A program made the translations under genes and the position numbers. A stretch of 64,000 nt of DNA from a virus, in the IMG/VR virus record IMGVR_UViG_3300023174_000104, positions 1 through 64,000 of that record. One strand, given 5' to 3'. Positions 38,801 to 49,218 of the stretch are shown one piece after another. The number at the start of each line of letters is the position of its first letter. The first letter of the stretch is position 1. The notes beneath the pieces were generated by a model. That model saw only the letters and a program-made list of their open reading frames with translations, was not told the DNA's origin and did no database searches.

Positions 38801-41232
38801 ATGCAGTATGGAATGGTATCTATACTTGGGCAAATAGTACAACAATTGTTCGTGCAACTGATTTTAATAGTGTACCAGAAGTAGAAGCAGGTGATTTTAC
38901 TTTCATAACCGGTGGCACACTTTATGATAATACGGGTTGGGTACAAACATCTGTTGTAGTTACTATTGGCACTGATCCAATTGAATTTACACAATTCAGT
39001 GGTGCTGGTACTTATCAAGCAGGTAGTGGTTTAACGTTAACGGGTACAGTATTCAGTGTAAATGTTGATAATGTCACTACTGAAATTGCAGGAGGTAATG
39101 TAGTAGTTAAAGCAAATGCACAACTAACTACTCCTAATATTGGCGCCGCAACTGGTACTAGTATAAATTTAACTGGTAATGTATTAGCAAATAACATAAA
39201 CGCCAATACCAAAATAACATCTTTTGATATAGGTGTTTCTAACAATATTGTTACATCTAATGCAACAATAAACCTTGAGTTGTCAGGTAATACTGCAAAT
39301 TTTACCGGTAATATAAAATCATTAAATGCTAATCTTGGTAATTTGGCTATAGCTAATTACTTTCAAGGTGATGGTAGCTTACTTACAAATGTTTCTGCTA
39401 CTGGAAGTCTGTCAAACGGTACATCAAATGTTAGTATTCCGTCTGTTAATGGTAATGTAAATATAAGTGTTAATGGTAATGCGAATATATTAACTGTGAC
39501 CGGTACAGGTGCAAATTTAACAGGAACATTGAATGTTACCGGATTAGTAACTATACCAAATACAGCAGGTGGCGCAACTGATATAGCACTAGGTAATCCT
39601 ACTCAAGGTAATCTAATTAGTAATGCTGTAACTTTAACAAACTCATCATCTGTGTCAAATGCAATAGCTCAATTAAATGTAGTATTAGGAAAATTAGTTC
39701 CTCCTTCTCCCCCAACGTTCCCCGCTAGTCAATCAATTGCTATCAGTACTTTGTCAACATATCGTATGGCAAACTTCACTCAAACTGATAATACACCCGG
39801 AGCTAATAAATCAGTAGCCGGTGGTACAACAGTAACTAATGTTCGTAGAGCCAGTTCTTATGTCACTGGTAACATCACAGTAGCAGGTCCAGGAGACACT
39901 GGAACAATAACAGCATTTTTAAATGGTGCAGATGCAGGTAATAGAACACTTACAAGTAGTTTAAATGGTAACGGAACTTATAGTAATTTGGTTATATTTA
40001 ATAACTATGATTATAATGTTGCTAATGCAAATATTGCAGCCGGCTTTTGGAGCGTATTCTCCTCAAGAGCCGCAGGCACTGTAACCGAGGGTTGGAATGA
40101 AGTTTATATTGCTGATAGTGCGGCAAGTAATACAAATACTGCAAATTGGTATTATGATTCTAGTGCACCGGGAACTCCTTCTTTTAGTTCATTAACTATA
40201 TCTCCACCTGTATCACCAAGTTATACATATTCAAGTACAGTTCCTCATTATACCAACACAAACATATTCACGTTAACAGCTAATGTTAATAAATTAAGTG
40301 GTAATATGTATCCAACAAGTGATACGTTTGTTACAGGTACATCAGGTGGAGCATTTGGTACACCAAGTAGTGTAACATACTCGGCAGCGGGAGTAACAAC
40401 TCCATTAGCACAAAACTTATATGTAAGTTCTGGTAATGCTTCTATATCAACTACTGCAACTATTATATCTGGATTTGGTGCAAGTAGTACTGGTCCTTCA
40501 TTATCATCAAACAACAGCTATAACTCTGCTACACAAGCATTTACATCAACTTTGGCTGCAAATGTATTGTACAAAACAGGTACTGTTAGTTCTGCATCAA
40601 CGATTGAAGAAGCAAATGTATTTGTTGGATCAACTATTGGTACTGGATCTGGTTTAGCATTTAGAATTATTAATCCAGGTAGTGCTGACACTCCGGTATA
40701 TACTGCAAGTGCAGCCGCTTTTAATAGTCAATCAAGTACATTACAAACATATGATTCAACTGTTGTTGCTAATATATTAAAGCATGACCAAACAAATTAT
40801 AGTACTGGATATTTACCGTTAGGACCTAATTTAAGTTCCGGACGTACTGGTTCACAGTATTTTACTTTTAAAATTATTAGAACATCTGTTTCTAAATTTG
40901 ATATTAAGTGGACTGGTACTATTGCAGGATTATGGATAGCATTACCGGGAAGTGTTATTGATAGTACAAGTAGTGCAAATGGATGGATTGATATGAGTAT
41001 AGCATATGCCGGAGCAGGTATACCAGGGGTGAATAGCCCAGGTAATGGTAGTAATGGTTGTGCCTTGGGGGGAGTAGCCCCGTTAAATAGTGCCCAAACT
41101 AATAAATCAGTAACAGCAACATTTGGTACAGTAAGTAGCTCTAGTACAGCAACTAGTGAAATTTACATACGTATTAAGTTAACAAGTGGGCAATCAGTGA
41201 CCGCTCTTTCTTTACAGACTGCGAGTAACTAA
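35839..41232 (+). CDS. Long tail fibre/virion protein with Asn-rich beta-repeats
   Basis: 1797 aa, ANLGNL repeats, DAATKQYVD fibre module, Ser/Thr-rich C-terminal domain. Confidence 0.7.
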   Translation: MAADEFNSLGGYSVNIPPITVIDENGNVVTNVLAPAGNVAVARIYAANYFYANGVPFNAGGNPYGPNDSVQFNSNGAFDGSANFTFNNITQLLTVPSINVSGLSNLGNIGNITITGGTAGYLLTTSGNGVLNWTPPSTGSAISNGTSNLNITTVNGNIVAGINGVANVFSITSEGAITSGNVIAGNVKTDNLLYANGDPYVFTTNAAGSNTQVQFNNNNAFSASANFTFDNTTNTLSVTNIISNGAGLSNITGANVTGQVDYAAIANSVDVANVVGIGNIATINLDGNVSNILRGDGTWGAEAGNLNANFANFAGNVTVSSQPNITSLGTLVSLTVAGNANITGNLATQGTIVSNANITGANLITSNGIYANTATITANLTSGNANLGNLATANYINVSQQFNGNVANFSGNVTSLNANLGNLATANYINVSQQFNGNVANFSGNITALNANLGNLVTANYVNVSSNTITNNLTVNLALSGNTANFTGNITALNANLGNLVTANYVNVSQQLNGNTANFTGNITALNANLGNLATANYVNVSSNTITNNLTVNLALSGNTANFIGNLNAGNLSTAGTGNITMFGGNINGANVITANIFSGNLSATTAEISGNTTTNNLTVNSHISANTANFSGNLTALNANLGNLATANYINVSQQLNGNVANFSGNLTALNANLGNLATANYVNVSSNLIVSNLTVNLELSGNTANFTGNVTSLNANLGNLVTANYVNVSSNTITNNLTVNLELSGNTANFSGNITSLNATLGNLATANYVNVSQQLNGNVANFSGNVTSLNANLGNLATVNFIQTNEIFNGNSNVRIAPNGNVTVSVTGTTNVYTLSNVGANIVGYVSANGNGTFGALYSNTLTSQAGNITIYAAPGNNYVELRPSGNGHVDVANYRIQNLGTPVTSTDAATKQYVDDVAQGLNIHDACQAATSTTLNIITSGTVAYNNGASGVGANLVTTGSFNLIDGVNVQTSGTRILVKNEANAVWNGIYTWANSTTIVRATDFNSVPEVEAGDFTFITGGTLYDNTGWVQTSVVVTIGTDPIEFTQFSGAGTYQAGSGLTLTGTVFSVNVDNVTTEIAGGNVVVKANAQLTTPNIGAATGTSINLTGNVLANNINANTKITSFDIGVSNNIVTSNATINLELSGNTANFTGNIKSLNANLGNLAIANYFQGDGSLLTNVSATGSLSNGTSNVSIPSVNGNVNISVNGNANILTVTGTGANLTGTLNVTGLVTIPNTAGGATDIALGNPTQGNLISNAVTLTNSSSVSNAIAQLNVVLGKLVPPSPPTFPASQSIAISTLSTYRMANFTQTDNTPGANKSVAGGTTVTNVRRASSYVTGNITVAGPGDTGTITAFLNGADAGNRTLTSSLNGNGTYSNLVIFNNYDYNVANANIAAGFWSVFSSRAAGTVTEGWNEVYIADSAASNTNTANWYYDSSAPGTPSFSSLTISPPVSPSYTYSSTVPHYTNTNIFTLTANVNKLSGNMYPTSDTFVTGTSGGAFGTPSSVTYSAAGVTTPLAQNLYVSSGNASISTTATIISGFGASSTGPSLSSNNSYNSATQAFTSTLAANVLYKTGTVSSASTIEEANVFVGSTIGTGSGLAFRIINPGSADTPVYTASAAAFNSQSSTLQTYDSTVVANILKHDQTNYSTGYLPLGPNLSSGRTGSQYFTFKIIRTSVSKFDIKWTGTIAGLWIALPGSVIDSTSSANGWIDMSIAYAGAGIPGVNSPGNGSNGCALGGVAPLNSAQTNKSVTATFGTVSSSSTATSEIYIRIKLTSGQSVTALSLQTASN
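36988..38250 (+). repeat. Tandem coding repeats with 99-nt and 132-nt units
   Basis: aatgctaatttagg recurs at 36988, 37087, 37186, 37318, 37417 and further downstream. Confidence 0.9.
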
Positions 41233-41234
41233 TT

Positions 41235-43370
41235 ATGGCAGTATCACAATCACAAATTGTTGACTTATTATATAAACAGGCATTCGGTGTTACAAAAACC
41301 GATACGGCTACTAATAAGAGTCCTAGTAACGAAAATATTCCTAGTCCTCTTTTAATACGTGGTGATACAATTTGGACACAATCAGATCAAATCCCATCAA
41401 CCGCAACAGCAACTGCAGGTATTGTTCAGGCATATACTGGCGCAAATGCAATAGAATGTATTGCAGATAATACAACTGTTCCAATTGGTGGAATATATCC
41501 AACATGGCTAACCGAATTAACATATTGGATTCCTTCAGAATTTGGCGCTACCTATACAGTACAAGTTTGGGTTGATAATCCAGGAGTTGCTAATCCAACT
41601 TTAACTGGTACACAGATTTTTGCAGCCGGCTCTGGTGGTACAGGACAATATTATTATAATTATCAATCAGGAGTATTAAACTTTATTGGTGAAACAATAC
41701 CGGCGTCGTTGACTTCTGGTAAAGTATTATACATTGTTGGTTATAGATATATAGGCGAAGTTGGTGTAACAAACTTACCTAATAATACTACTATAGGTAA
41801 TTTGAATTTTACCGGTACTACGATAAGTAGTACAACTGCAAATGGCAATATTATTATTGCTCCAAATGGTACTGGAACAGTACAAATTAGTTCTGCAGTA
41901 ACATCTAATGGTAATATTACTGCAACCTTTTTTATTGGAAACGGTAGTCAATTAACTGGAGTAGCGGCTAGCAATGCGGCAACTTCAGGTACAGTAACTG
42001 ATAATGCACAACCAAACATCACATCAGTTGGCACATTAATTTCATTAAATGTTTCTAGTAATGTTACTGCTAGTAATTTTATAGGTGCATTAGCTAATGG
42101 AAATAGTAATGTAAATATACCTAATATTAATGGCAATATTAATTTAACCGCAGTAGGCAATACTACTATGGTAGTTACAGGTACTGGTGTTAATGTAGAA
42201 GGTACTTTAACTACTACAGGAAGTCTTACTTTAATTGGTAGCAATGTAACTGGCGCTAATGTTGTTTTTGCTAACACTGTTTCTGCCAATTTATTAGCAA
42301 CAACATCAAATGTTTCAAGTAATAGTATTACAAATAATTTAACTGTTAATTTGGCACTTAGTGGTAATACTGCTAACTTCACTGGTAATATAATAACATT
42401 AAATGCAAATTTAGGTAATGCAGCCTCTGCTAATTATTTTATTGGAAACGGTAGTTTATTAACAGGAGTAGCAGCCAGTAATGCAGTAAGTGCGGGTACG
42501 GTAACTAATAATTCTCAACCTAATATTACTAGTGTTGGTACATTAATTTCATTAGATATTTCTGGTAATCTTACTGCAGGCAATGCTAATTTAGGTAACC
42601 TAATAACAGCTAACTTCTTCAGTGGGTCGGGCAATTTATTAAGCAATATTCAGGGAAGTAATGTTACCGGTAATGTAACTAGTGCAGTTACAGCTAATTT
42701 TGCTAACTACGCAGGTAATGTAACTTTAGCGGCCCAATCAAATATTACAAGTGTTGGAACATTAACAAGTTTATCAGTAACTGGTAACATCAGTACCGGG
42801 AATGCTAACTTAGGTAACCTTGCAACAGCTAACTTCTTTAGTGGATCCGGTAATAACTTAAGTAATATTCAAGGAAGTAATGTCACTGGTCAAGTAGGTA
42901 ACGCATTAGTAGCTAGTACAGTGTATACAAATGCTCAACCAAACATTACAAGTACAGGTACATTAACAGGTTTAACTGTATCAGGACATTTAACAGCAAA
43001 CACATTCCAGATGGGATATGGAATATATGCATTTTATTCTACATCTGTATATTTTGCTACAACAGCTAGTACATCTGCTAATCAATTATTATGGGATTAT
43101 CCTGTGGCAGACTTGTCTGCTATTGATTTTACCATTATTGCAACAGATAATGTAGGTGCTTCTAGACAATCATGTAAGATATCAGCCGCCATATTAGGTA
43201 CAACTGTTACATATAACGAATATGGTGGATTGTTTATAAACGGTGGGGTGGGCAGTTTTAGTGTAATATATAATGGAAGTGGGCCAACACCAACTTTAGA
43301 GTTGGTAGTAACTCCGGATTCTTCAAATCTAACAGAATATAATATGCTAATTTCTAAGTATTTGGTGTGA
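41235..43370 (+). CDS. Tail fibre-associated protein
   Basis: 711 aa with AQPNITSVGTL and ANLGNL repeats shared with neighbouring genes. Confidence 0.65.
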   Translation: MAVSQSQIVDLLYKQAFGVTKTDTATNKSPSNENIPSPLLIRGDTIWTQSDQIPSTATATAGIVQAYTGANAIECIADNTTVPIGGIYPTWLTELTYWIPSEFGATYTVQVWVDNPGVANPTLTGTQIFAAGSGGTGQYYYNYQSGVLNFIGETIPASLTSGKVLYIVGYRYIGEVGVTNLPNNTTIGNLNFTGTTISSTTANGNIIIAPNGTGTVQISSAVTSNGNITATFFIGNGSQLTGVAASNAATSGTVTDNAQPNITSVGTLISLNVSSNVTASNFIGALANGNSNVNIPNINGNINLTAVGNTTMVVTGTGVNVEGTLTTTGSLTLIGSNVTGANVVFANTVSANLLATTSNVSSNSITNNLTVNLALSGNTANFTGNIITLNANLGNAASANYFIGNGSLLTGVAASNAVSAGTVTNNSQPNITSVGTLISLDISGNLTAGNANLGNLITANFFSGSGNLLSNIQGSNVTGNVTSAVTANFANYAGNVTLAAQSNITSVGTLTSLSVTGNISTGNANLGNLATANFFSGSGNNLSNIQGSNVTGQVGNALVASTVYTNAQPNITSTGTLTGLTVSGHLTANTFQMGYGIYAFYSTSVYFATTASTSANQLLWDYPVADLSAIDFTIIATDNVGASRQSCKISAAILGTTVTYNEYGGLFINGGVGSFSVIYNGSGPTPTLELVVTPDSSNLTEYNMLISKYLV

Positions 43371-43425
43371 TATACCAATACATAAATTACGAAAAAGATA
43401 AATATAAATATAAGGACACAACAAA

Positions 43426-46400
43426 ATGGCAATTAAAGCACTAAACTCAGTAGCTGGCTTCTCAGTAGGTGAAGTACCAGCAAATATTATATTAGCAAAC
43501 GGTGACATAACATCTAATAATGGCACGTTTACGGCAAACATTTCGGCAGGAAATGTATTAACCAATAATCTCTTATATGCTAATGGTAATCCATGGGATA
43601 TTGGTGGTATTCCAGGTGGCTCAAATACCCAGATTCAGTTTAATGATGCTGGTGAATTTGGCGGTAGTGCTAACTTTACCTTTAATCAGTCAACTAATGT
43701 ATTGACTGTTACTGGTAATATTGCCGGTACGAATGTCAATGCTGGTAACTTGTTAACTGCTAATTATGTAACAGGTACCTTAACAACAGCCGCACAGCCA
43801 AATATTACAAGTGTTGGAACTTTAACTGGTTTAACAGTTAGTGATGGTAACGTTAGTAATACCATAATTGCATATGGTAATGGTACTCTTGCTGTGTCCG
43901 GCAACATTACTGCTAATAACTTTGTTGGTAATATTAGTGGTAACATTTCAGGTAATATTGTCATTCCTGGTTCAAATACAGGTGTTGTGTTTAATGACAA
44001 TGGTAATGCTAATACAAGCACCGCATTTACCTTTAACAAGGCAAGTAATTTAGTTACTATTACATCTAATGCTAACGTCGGTAATTTGATATCAGGTGGA
44101 GTTGTGTCCGCAACTGGTAACGTGTCCGGTGCTAATTTAACAACAGGCGGTGTATTAAGTGTAACAGGTAATGCTAACGTTGGTAACTTAGGTACAGGTG
44201 GTTTGATAGTTGCAAGTGGCAACATTGATGGTGGAAATTTAAATACGGGCGGAGCACTAAGTGTAACAGGTAATGCTAACGTTGGTAACTTAGGAACTGC
44301 AGGTTTAGTTACTGCAACCGGCAACGTAAGTGGTGGTAATTTAACTACCACTGGTTTAGTATCTGCAACCGGCAACGTAAGTGGTGGTAATTTAACTACA
44401 GGTGGCGTAGTACAAGCAACAGGCAATGTTAATGGTGCCAACTTTAATACACTTGGTACTGCTAATATAGGTGATCTAAAGATTTCAGGTAATGTTGAAG
44501 GTAATTTAATACCCAAAACATCTAACACATATAATTTAGGTAATAGTACATATTACTGGAAAGATTTGTTCTTATCCGGCACTACTATTACGCTAGGTGA
44601 TCAAACAATTTCTTCAAATGCAAATGGTGTTATCTTATCAAATACAACATTCATAAGTACATTAAATGCATCAGGTAATGCTAATGTTGGTAATTTAGGT
44701 ACTGCAGGTTCGATTACTGCAACAGGCAATGTAAGTGGTGGTAATTTAACTACTACTGGTGTAGTATCTGCAACTGGTAATGTATCTGGTGGTAACTTAA
44801 CAACAGCCGGTGTACTAAGTGTAACAGGTAATGCTAACGTTGGTAATTTAGGTACAGCTGGTCTAATAGTTGCAACTGGTAATATTGATGGTGGTAACTT
44901 AAATACTGGTGGAATAGTATCCGCATCTGGCAACATAGTTTCTAATGCAAACGTTGTTACAGATTTGATTGTTGGTAGAACAAGTAGTGTAACAATTACC
45001 GCAACTGGTTCTAATCAAAATATTAATTTGACTCCAACAGGTACTGGTACAGTTAACGTTGGTAATTTTATTATATCTAACGTACAAACTCCATTATCAG
45101 ATTTTGATGCCGCAACAAAGAAATACGTAGATGACGTTGCTCAAGGTCTAAACGTACACGATGCAGCATTGGCAGCAACAACTAATACACTTGCTATATT
45201 GACTGGCGGTACTATCACATATAATAATGGTACAGCAGGCGTTGGTGCAACATTGACACTATCAGGTTCACCAACTAAGAATTTCACAAGTGCAAATACT
45301 TTTGATGGTAATGTCACCGCAGTGACAACTAGTCGTATTCTTGTTAAGAGCGAAACAAATGCGGCATATAACGGTGTTTACGTTGTTACAAGTTCAACTG
45401 TTCTAACAAGAGCAAGTGATTACAATACTGTTCCGGAAGTTGAAGCAGGTGACTTCATATTCGTACAAGACGGTACTACATACAATGACTCAGGTTGGGT
45501 ACAGACATCATCAGTAACTACTATTGGTACTGATCCAATATTGTTCACTCAATTCTCAGGCGCCGGTACATATACAGCAGGCACCGGTTTAGCATTAAAT
45601 GGTACTGAATTCAGTATTGCTAACACAACTGTTACTGCAGGTGCATATGGTAACGGTGATTATAATGCTACATTTACTGTTAATAGTCAAGGTCAATTAA
45701 CAGCGGCTGCTAACGTAGCAATTACTGCTAACGCAGCCAACTTAACAGGTACCACCCTTGCTTCAACAATAGTAACTTCAAGTTTAACAAGTGTTGGTAC
45801 ATTAGGCTCATTGGCAGTTACAGCAAATGTAACTGCTGGTAATGTATATGCTAATAGCGGAACAATTGGTGCAAGTTTATTAACTGGTACACTAACTACT
45901 GCGGCTCAGCCAAATATTACAAGTGTTGGCTCATTAAGTTCATTAACAGTAGCAGGTACAAGTAACTTAGGTCCTGTTGGTAATGTAACTATTACAGGTG
46001 GATCAAGTGGACAAGTTTTAAGTACAAATGGTTCAGGTGGTTTATCATTTATAACAATAAATTCATCTGGTATATCAAATGGTACAAGTAATGTAAGTAT
46101 TCCAGTATCTAATGGCAATGTTAACATGTCTGTTGGCGGAAACGCTAATGTATTGGTTGTTACAGGTACCGGAGTTAACGTAGCAGGTAATTTAAATGCT
46201 ACCGGAAATGTTAGTTTAGGTGGAGGTTCGGGTGGTAATTTAAGTGGTGCTAATAATATTAGTGCAAACACATTCACTGGTACACTTACAACAAATGCTC
46301 AACCAAATATCACAAGTGTTGGTACATTAACAAGTTTAGCAGTAACAGGTAACATTAGTTCAGGTAATGCTAATTTAGGTAATTTAGTAACAGCTAATTT

Positions 46401-48495
46401 CTTTAGCGGTTCTGGTAATAACTTAAGTAATATTCAAGGTGGTAACGTTTCTGGCCAAGTAGGTAACGCACTAGTGGCAGGTACAGTATATACAAATGCT
46501 CAACCAAATATTACAAGTGTTGGTACATTAGCTAATTTAACAGTAGGTGGTACAAGCAATTTAGGTCCAGTCGGTAATGTAACTATTACCGGTGGTTCAA
46601 GTGGACAAGTTTTAAGTACAAATGGTTCAGGTGGATTATCATTTATTACTATCGGTACAGCCGGTGTATCAAATGGTAATAGTAATGTTAGTATTGCAAC
46701 TGCCGGCGGTAATGTAACAACCAGTGTAGCTGGCAATGCTAACGTATTAGTTGTTACTGGCACAGGAATATTAGTTAACGGTAACGGAAATGTTACTGGT
46801 AATCTAACAGCAGGTAATATCATTGCAGGCGGAGGTTCTGGTGGTAATATTACTGGTGCAAACTTAGTTTCTGCTAACTTCTTCACTGGTACATTAACAA
46901 CAGCCGCACAGCCAAATATCACAAGTGTCGGTACATTAACAAGTTTAGCAGTAACTGGCAATATCAGTTCAGGTAATGCTAATTTAGGTAACTTAGTTAC
47001 AGCTAACTTCTTTAGTGGTTCTGGTAATAATTTAAGTAATATTCAAGGTGCTAACGTTACTGGCACAGTAGCAAGCGCATCAACTGCAGTAACAGTAACT
47101 GCAAATGCTCAACCTAATATTACAAGTACAGGTACACTAACAAGTTTAGGCGTATCAGGTGCAGTAACAGCAAGCACATTAGTTTCTAACGTTGCAACCG
47201 GCACTGCTCCATTAACAGTAACAAGTACAACACGTGTTTCTAACTTAAACGTTGCATATGCTAACGTAGCAGATAATATTAATGTAGCAGCCGGAACAGG
47301 AAATAATTTCCTTATATTTGCAAATGCAGCAACAGGTAATGTATCAGAATTAACAAGTACAGGATTAACTGCTAACTTATCTAATAATTCTATCACAGCA
47401 ACTACATTTGTTGGTACATTGGCTGGTTCATTAGCTAATGGTAATAGTAATGTTAACATACCAAATGCAAATGGTAATATTAATCTAACTGCTGTAGGAA
47501 ATACAACATTAGTAGTTACAGGCACTGGCGCAAATATTGAAGGAACATTAAATGTAACCGGTAATGCAGTTGTTGGAAATCTAACAACAGGTGGAGCTGG
47601 TGGTAACATTTCGGGTGCTAATAACATTAGTGCTAACACATTCACTGGTACATTAACAACAGCCGCACAGCCAAATATTACAAGTGTTGGTACATTAACA
47701 AGTTTGGCGGTAACAGGTAATGTTACTGCTGGTAATGCTAATGTAACTGGTCAATTAATTTCTACTGTTTCAACAGGTACTGCACCGTTTGTAGTTACAT
47801 CAACTACAACTGTTGCTAACTTGTCAGTAGCTACCGCAACAACAGCCGGATCTGCAACAACAGCTGGCACAGTAACAACAAATGCTCAACCTAACATCAC
47901 TAGTGTTGGTACATTAACAAGTTTAGCTGTGACAGGTAATGTTACTGCTGGTAATTTAATAGGTGTGTTTGCTAATGGTAATAGTAGCATTTCTATTCCA
48001 TCAGCTAATGGTAATATTAATATTTCAGCAGGTGGAACACCGAATGAATTAGTAATCACTAGTACAGGAGTTAATGTAGCCGGTACATTAAATGCTACAG
48101 GTAACATTAATGGTGGTAATGTAATTACAACCGGTGTTGCGGTCGCTAATTCGGGCGTCCAGATTAGTAACTCTGCTGTTTATTTTGCTAATGTTACTAC
48201 ATCTTCAACTACACCAAACCAAACAATTGCAACAATTGCATTAACTAGTTCTTATATAACAGGAGTAGAATATTTAGTTAAAGGGGTAGATGCTGCCGGT
48301 GCTAAATACAGTGTAGCTACAGTTGTATCAGTTACTAATGGAACCATATCAGATTATTCTACTTTTGCAACAGTCAATATAGGAGGATCAACTGGGTCAT
48401 TATCAGTTAACATATCAGGAAGTAATATTGCGTTGCAAGTTACCCCTGCAAGTAGTAACTCAACTGTATGGACTACCCAATTTAGAGTCATTTAA
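43426..48495 (+). CDS. Long tail fibre protein
   Basis: 1689 aa, 17-aa GNVSGGNLTT repeats, DAATKKYVD module, many AQPNITSVGTL units. Confidence 0.7.
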   Translation: MAIKALNSVAGFSVGEVPANIILANGDITSNNGTFTANISAGNVLTNNLLYANGNPWDIGGIPGGSNTQIQFNDAGEFGGSANFTFNQSTNVLTVTGNIAGTNVNAGNLLTANYVTGTLTTAAQPNITSVGTLTGLTVSDGNVSNTIIAYGNGTLAVSGNITANNFVGNISGNISGNIVIPGSNTGVVFNDNGNANTSTAFTFNKASNLVTITSNANVGNLISGGVVSATGNVSGANLTTGGVLSVTGNANVGNLGTGGLIVASGNIDGGNLNTGGALSVTGNANVGNLGTAGLVTATGNVSGGNLTTTGLVSATGNVSGGNLTTGGVVQATGNVNGANFNTLGTANIGDLKISGNVEGNLIPKTSNTYNLGNSTYYWKDLFLSGTTITLGDQTISSNANGVILSNTTFISTLNASGNANVGNLGTAGSITATGNVSGGNLTTTGVVSATGNVSGGNLTTAGVLSVTGNANVGNLGTAGLIVATGNIDGGNLNTGGIVSASGNIVSNANVVTDLIVGRTSSVTITATGSNQNINLTPTGTGTVNVGNFIISNVQTPLSDFDAATKKYVDDVAQGLNVHDAALAATTNTLAILTGGTITYNNGTAGVGATLTLSGSPTKNFTSANTFDGNVTAVTTSRILVKSETNAAYNGVYVVTSSTVLTRASDYNTVPEVEAGDFIFVQDGTTYNDSGWVQTSSVTTIGTDPILFTQFSGAGTYTAGTGLALNGTEFSIANTTVTAGAYGNGDYNATFTVNSQGQLTAAANVAITANAANLTGTTLASTIVTSSLTSVGTLGSLAVTANVTAGNVYANSGTIGASLLTGTLTTAAQPNITSVGSLSSLTVAGTSNLGPVGNVTITGGSSGQVLSTNGSGGLSFITINSSGISNGTSNVSIPVSNGNVNMSVGGNANVLVVTGTGVNVAGNLNATGNVSLGGGSGGNLSGANNISANTFTGTLTTNAQPNITSVGTLTSLAVTGNISSGNANLGNLVTANFFSGSGNNLSNIQGGNVSGQVGNALVAGTVYTNAQPNITSVGTLANLTVGGTSNLGPVGNVTITGGSSGQVLSTNGSGGLSFITIGTAGVSNGNSNVSIATAGGNVTTSVAGNANVLVVTGTGILVNGNGNVTGNLTAGNIIAGGGSGGNITGANLVSANFFTGTLTTAAQPNITSVGTLTSLAVTGNISSGNANLGNLVTANFFSGSGNNLSNIQGANVTGTVASASTAVTVTANAQPNITSTGTLTSLGVSGAVTASTLVSNVATGTAPLTVTSTTRVSNLNVAYANVADNINVAAGTGNNFLIFANAATGNVSELTSTGLTANLSNNSITATTFVGTLAGSLANGNSNVNIPNANGNINLTAVGNTTLVVTGTGANIEGTLNVTGNAVVGNLTTGGAGGNISGANNISANTFTGTLTTAAQPNITSVGTLTSLAVTGNVTAGNANVTGQLISTVSTGTAPFVVTSTTTVANLSVATATTAGSATTAGTVTTNAQPNITSVGTLTSLAVTGNVTAGNLIGVFANGNSSISIPSANGNINISAGGTPNELVITSTGVNVAGTLNATGNINGGNVITTGVAVANSGVQISNSAVYFANVTTSSTTPNQTIATIALTSSYITGVEYLVKGVDAAGAKYSVATVVSVTNGTISDYSTFATVNIGGSTGSLSVNISGSNIALQVTPASSNSTVWTTQFRVI

Positions 48496-48511
48496 GGATA
48501 TACACAAAGAG

Positions 48512-49204
48512 ATGCAACATTATAGAAAAATTTGGGAAAGTATTAATGGTCCTATACCAATTGATGAGTTTGGTAGAACATACGAAATTCATCATATTGA
48601 CGGTAACCATAAAAATAATTCCGTTGACAACTTACAGTGTATTTCAATAAAAGAGCACTATGATATTCATTATTCTCAAGGAGATTTAGGTGCATGTTAC
48701 CTAATAGGTGTTAGAATGCAAATGACCACATCAGAACTATCAACTTTGTCGTCTTTGGTTCAACAAGAAAAAATAAAGAATAAAACTCATGCTTTTTTAC
48801 GAAAAGATTTTCAAAAAAATATGCAAAATAAACGTGTTGCAGATGGTGTACATCCGTGGCAAAATTCAGAATTGCAAAAAAAGAAAGCATTAATGAGGGT
48901 TAAAAATGGAACGCATCCTTGGTTGGGATCAGAGTTTGCTAAAAAAAATAATTTAAAAAGAATAAAAGATAACACTCATAATTTTTTAGGAGATACTAAT
49001 CCAGGAAAACTGAATTTTGAAGCAGGCACTAGTCATATCAATAATAAAGAATGGCAAAAGGAAAAAGCAAAAAAACAAATTGAGAAGGGTACACATAACT
49101 CACAAGTTAAGTGGGTTTGTTCTAAATGTAATAAAGAAGGTAAAGGCTCAGGTGCTTTTTCTAGATTTCACGGTAATAACTGTAAATCTCTAGTGGTAGC
49201 GTAA
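48512..49204 (+). CDS. Free-standing HNH homing endonuclease (family A)
   Basis: HYRKIWESING...YEIHHIDGNHKNNSVDNL...HYDIH, GTHPW-type repeats, C-terminal CSKC...RFHGNNC. Start reassigned to ATG 48512. Confidence 0.85.
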   Translation: MQHYRKIWESINGPIPIDEFGRTYEIHHIDGNHKNNSVDNLQCISIKEHYDIHYSQGDLGACYLIGVRMQMTTSELSTLSSLVQQEKIKNKTHAFLRKDFQKNMQNKRVADGVHPWQNSELQKKKALMRVKNGTHPWLGSEFAKKNNLKRIKDNTHNFLGDTNPGKLNFEAGTSHINNKEWQKEKAKKQIEKGTHNSQVKWVCSKCNKEGKGSGAFSRFHGNNCKSLVVA

Positions 49205-49218
49205 GCAGAAAGTAAAGA

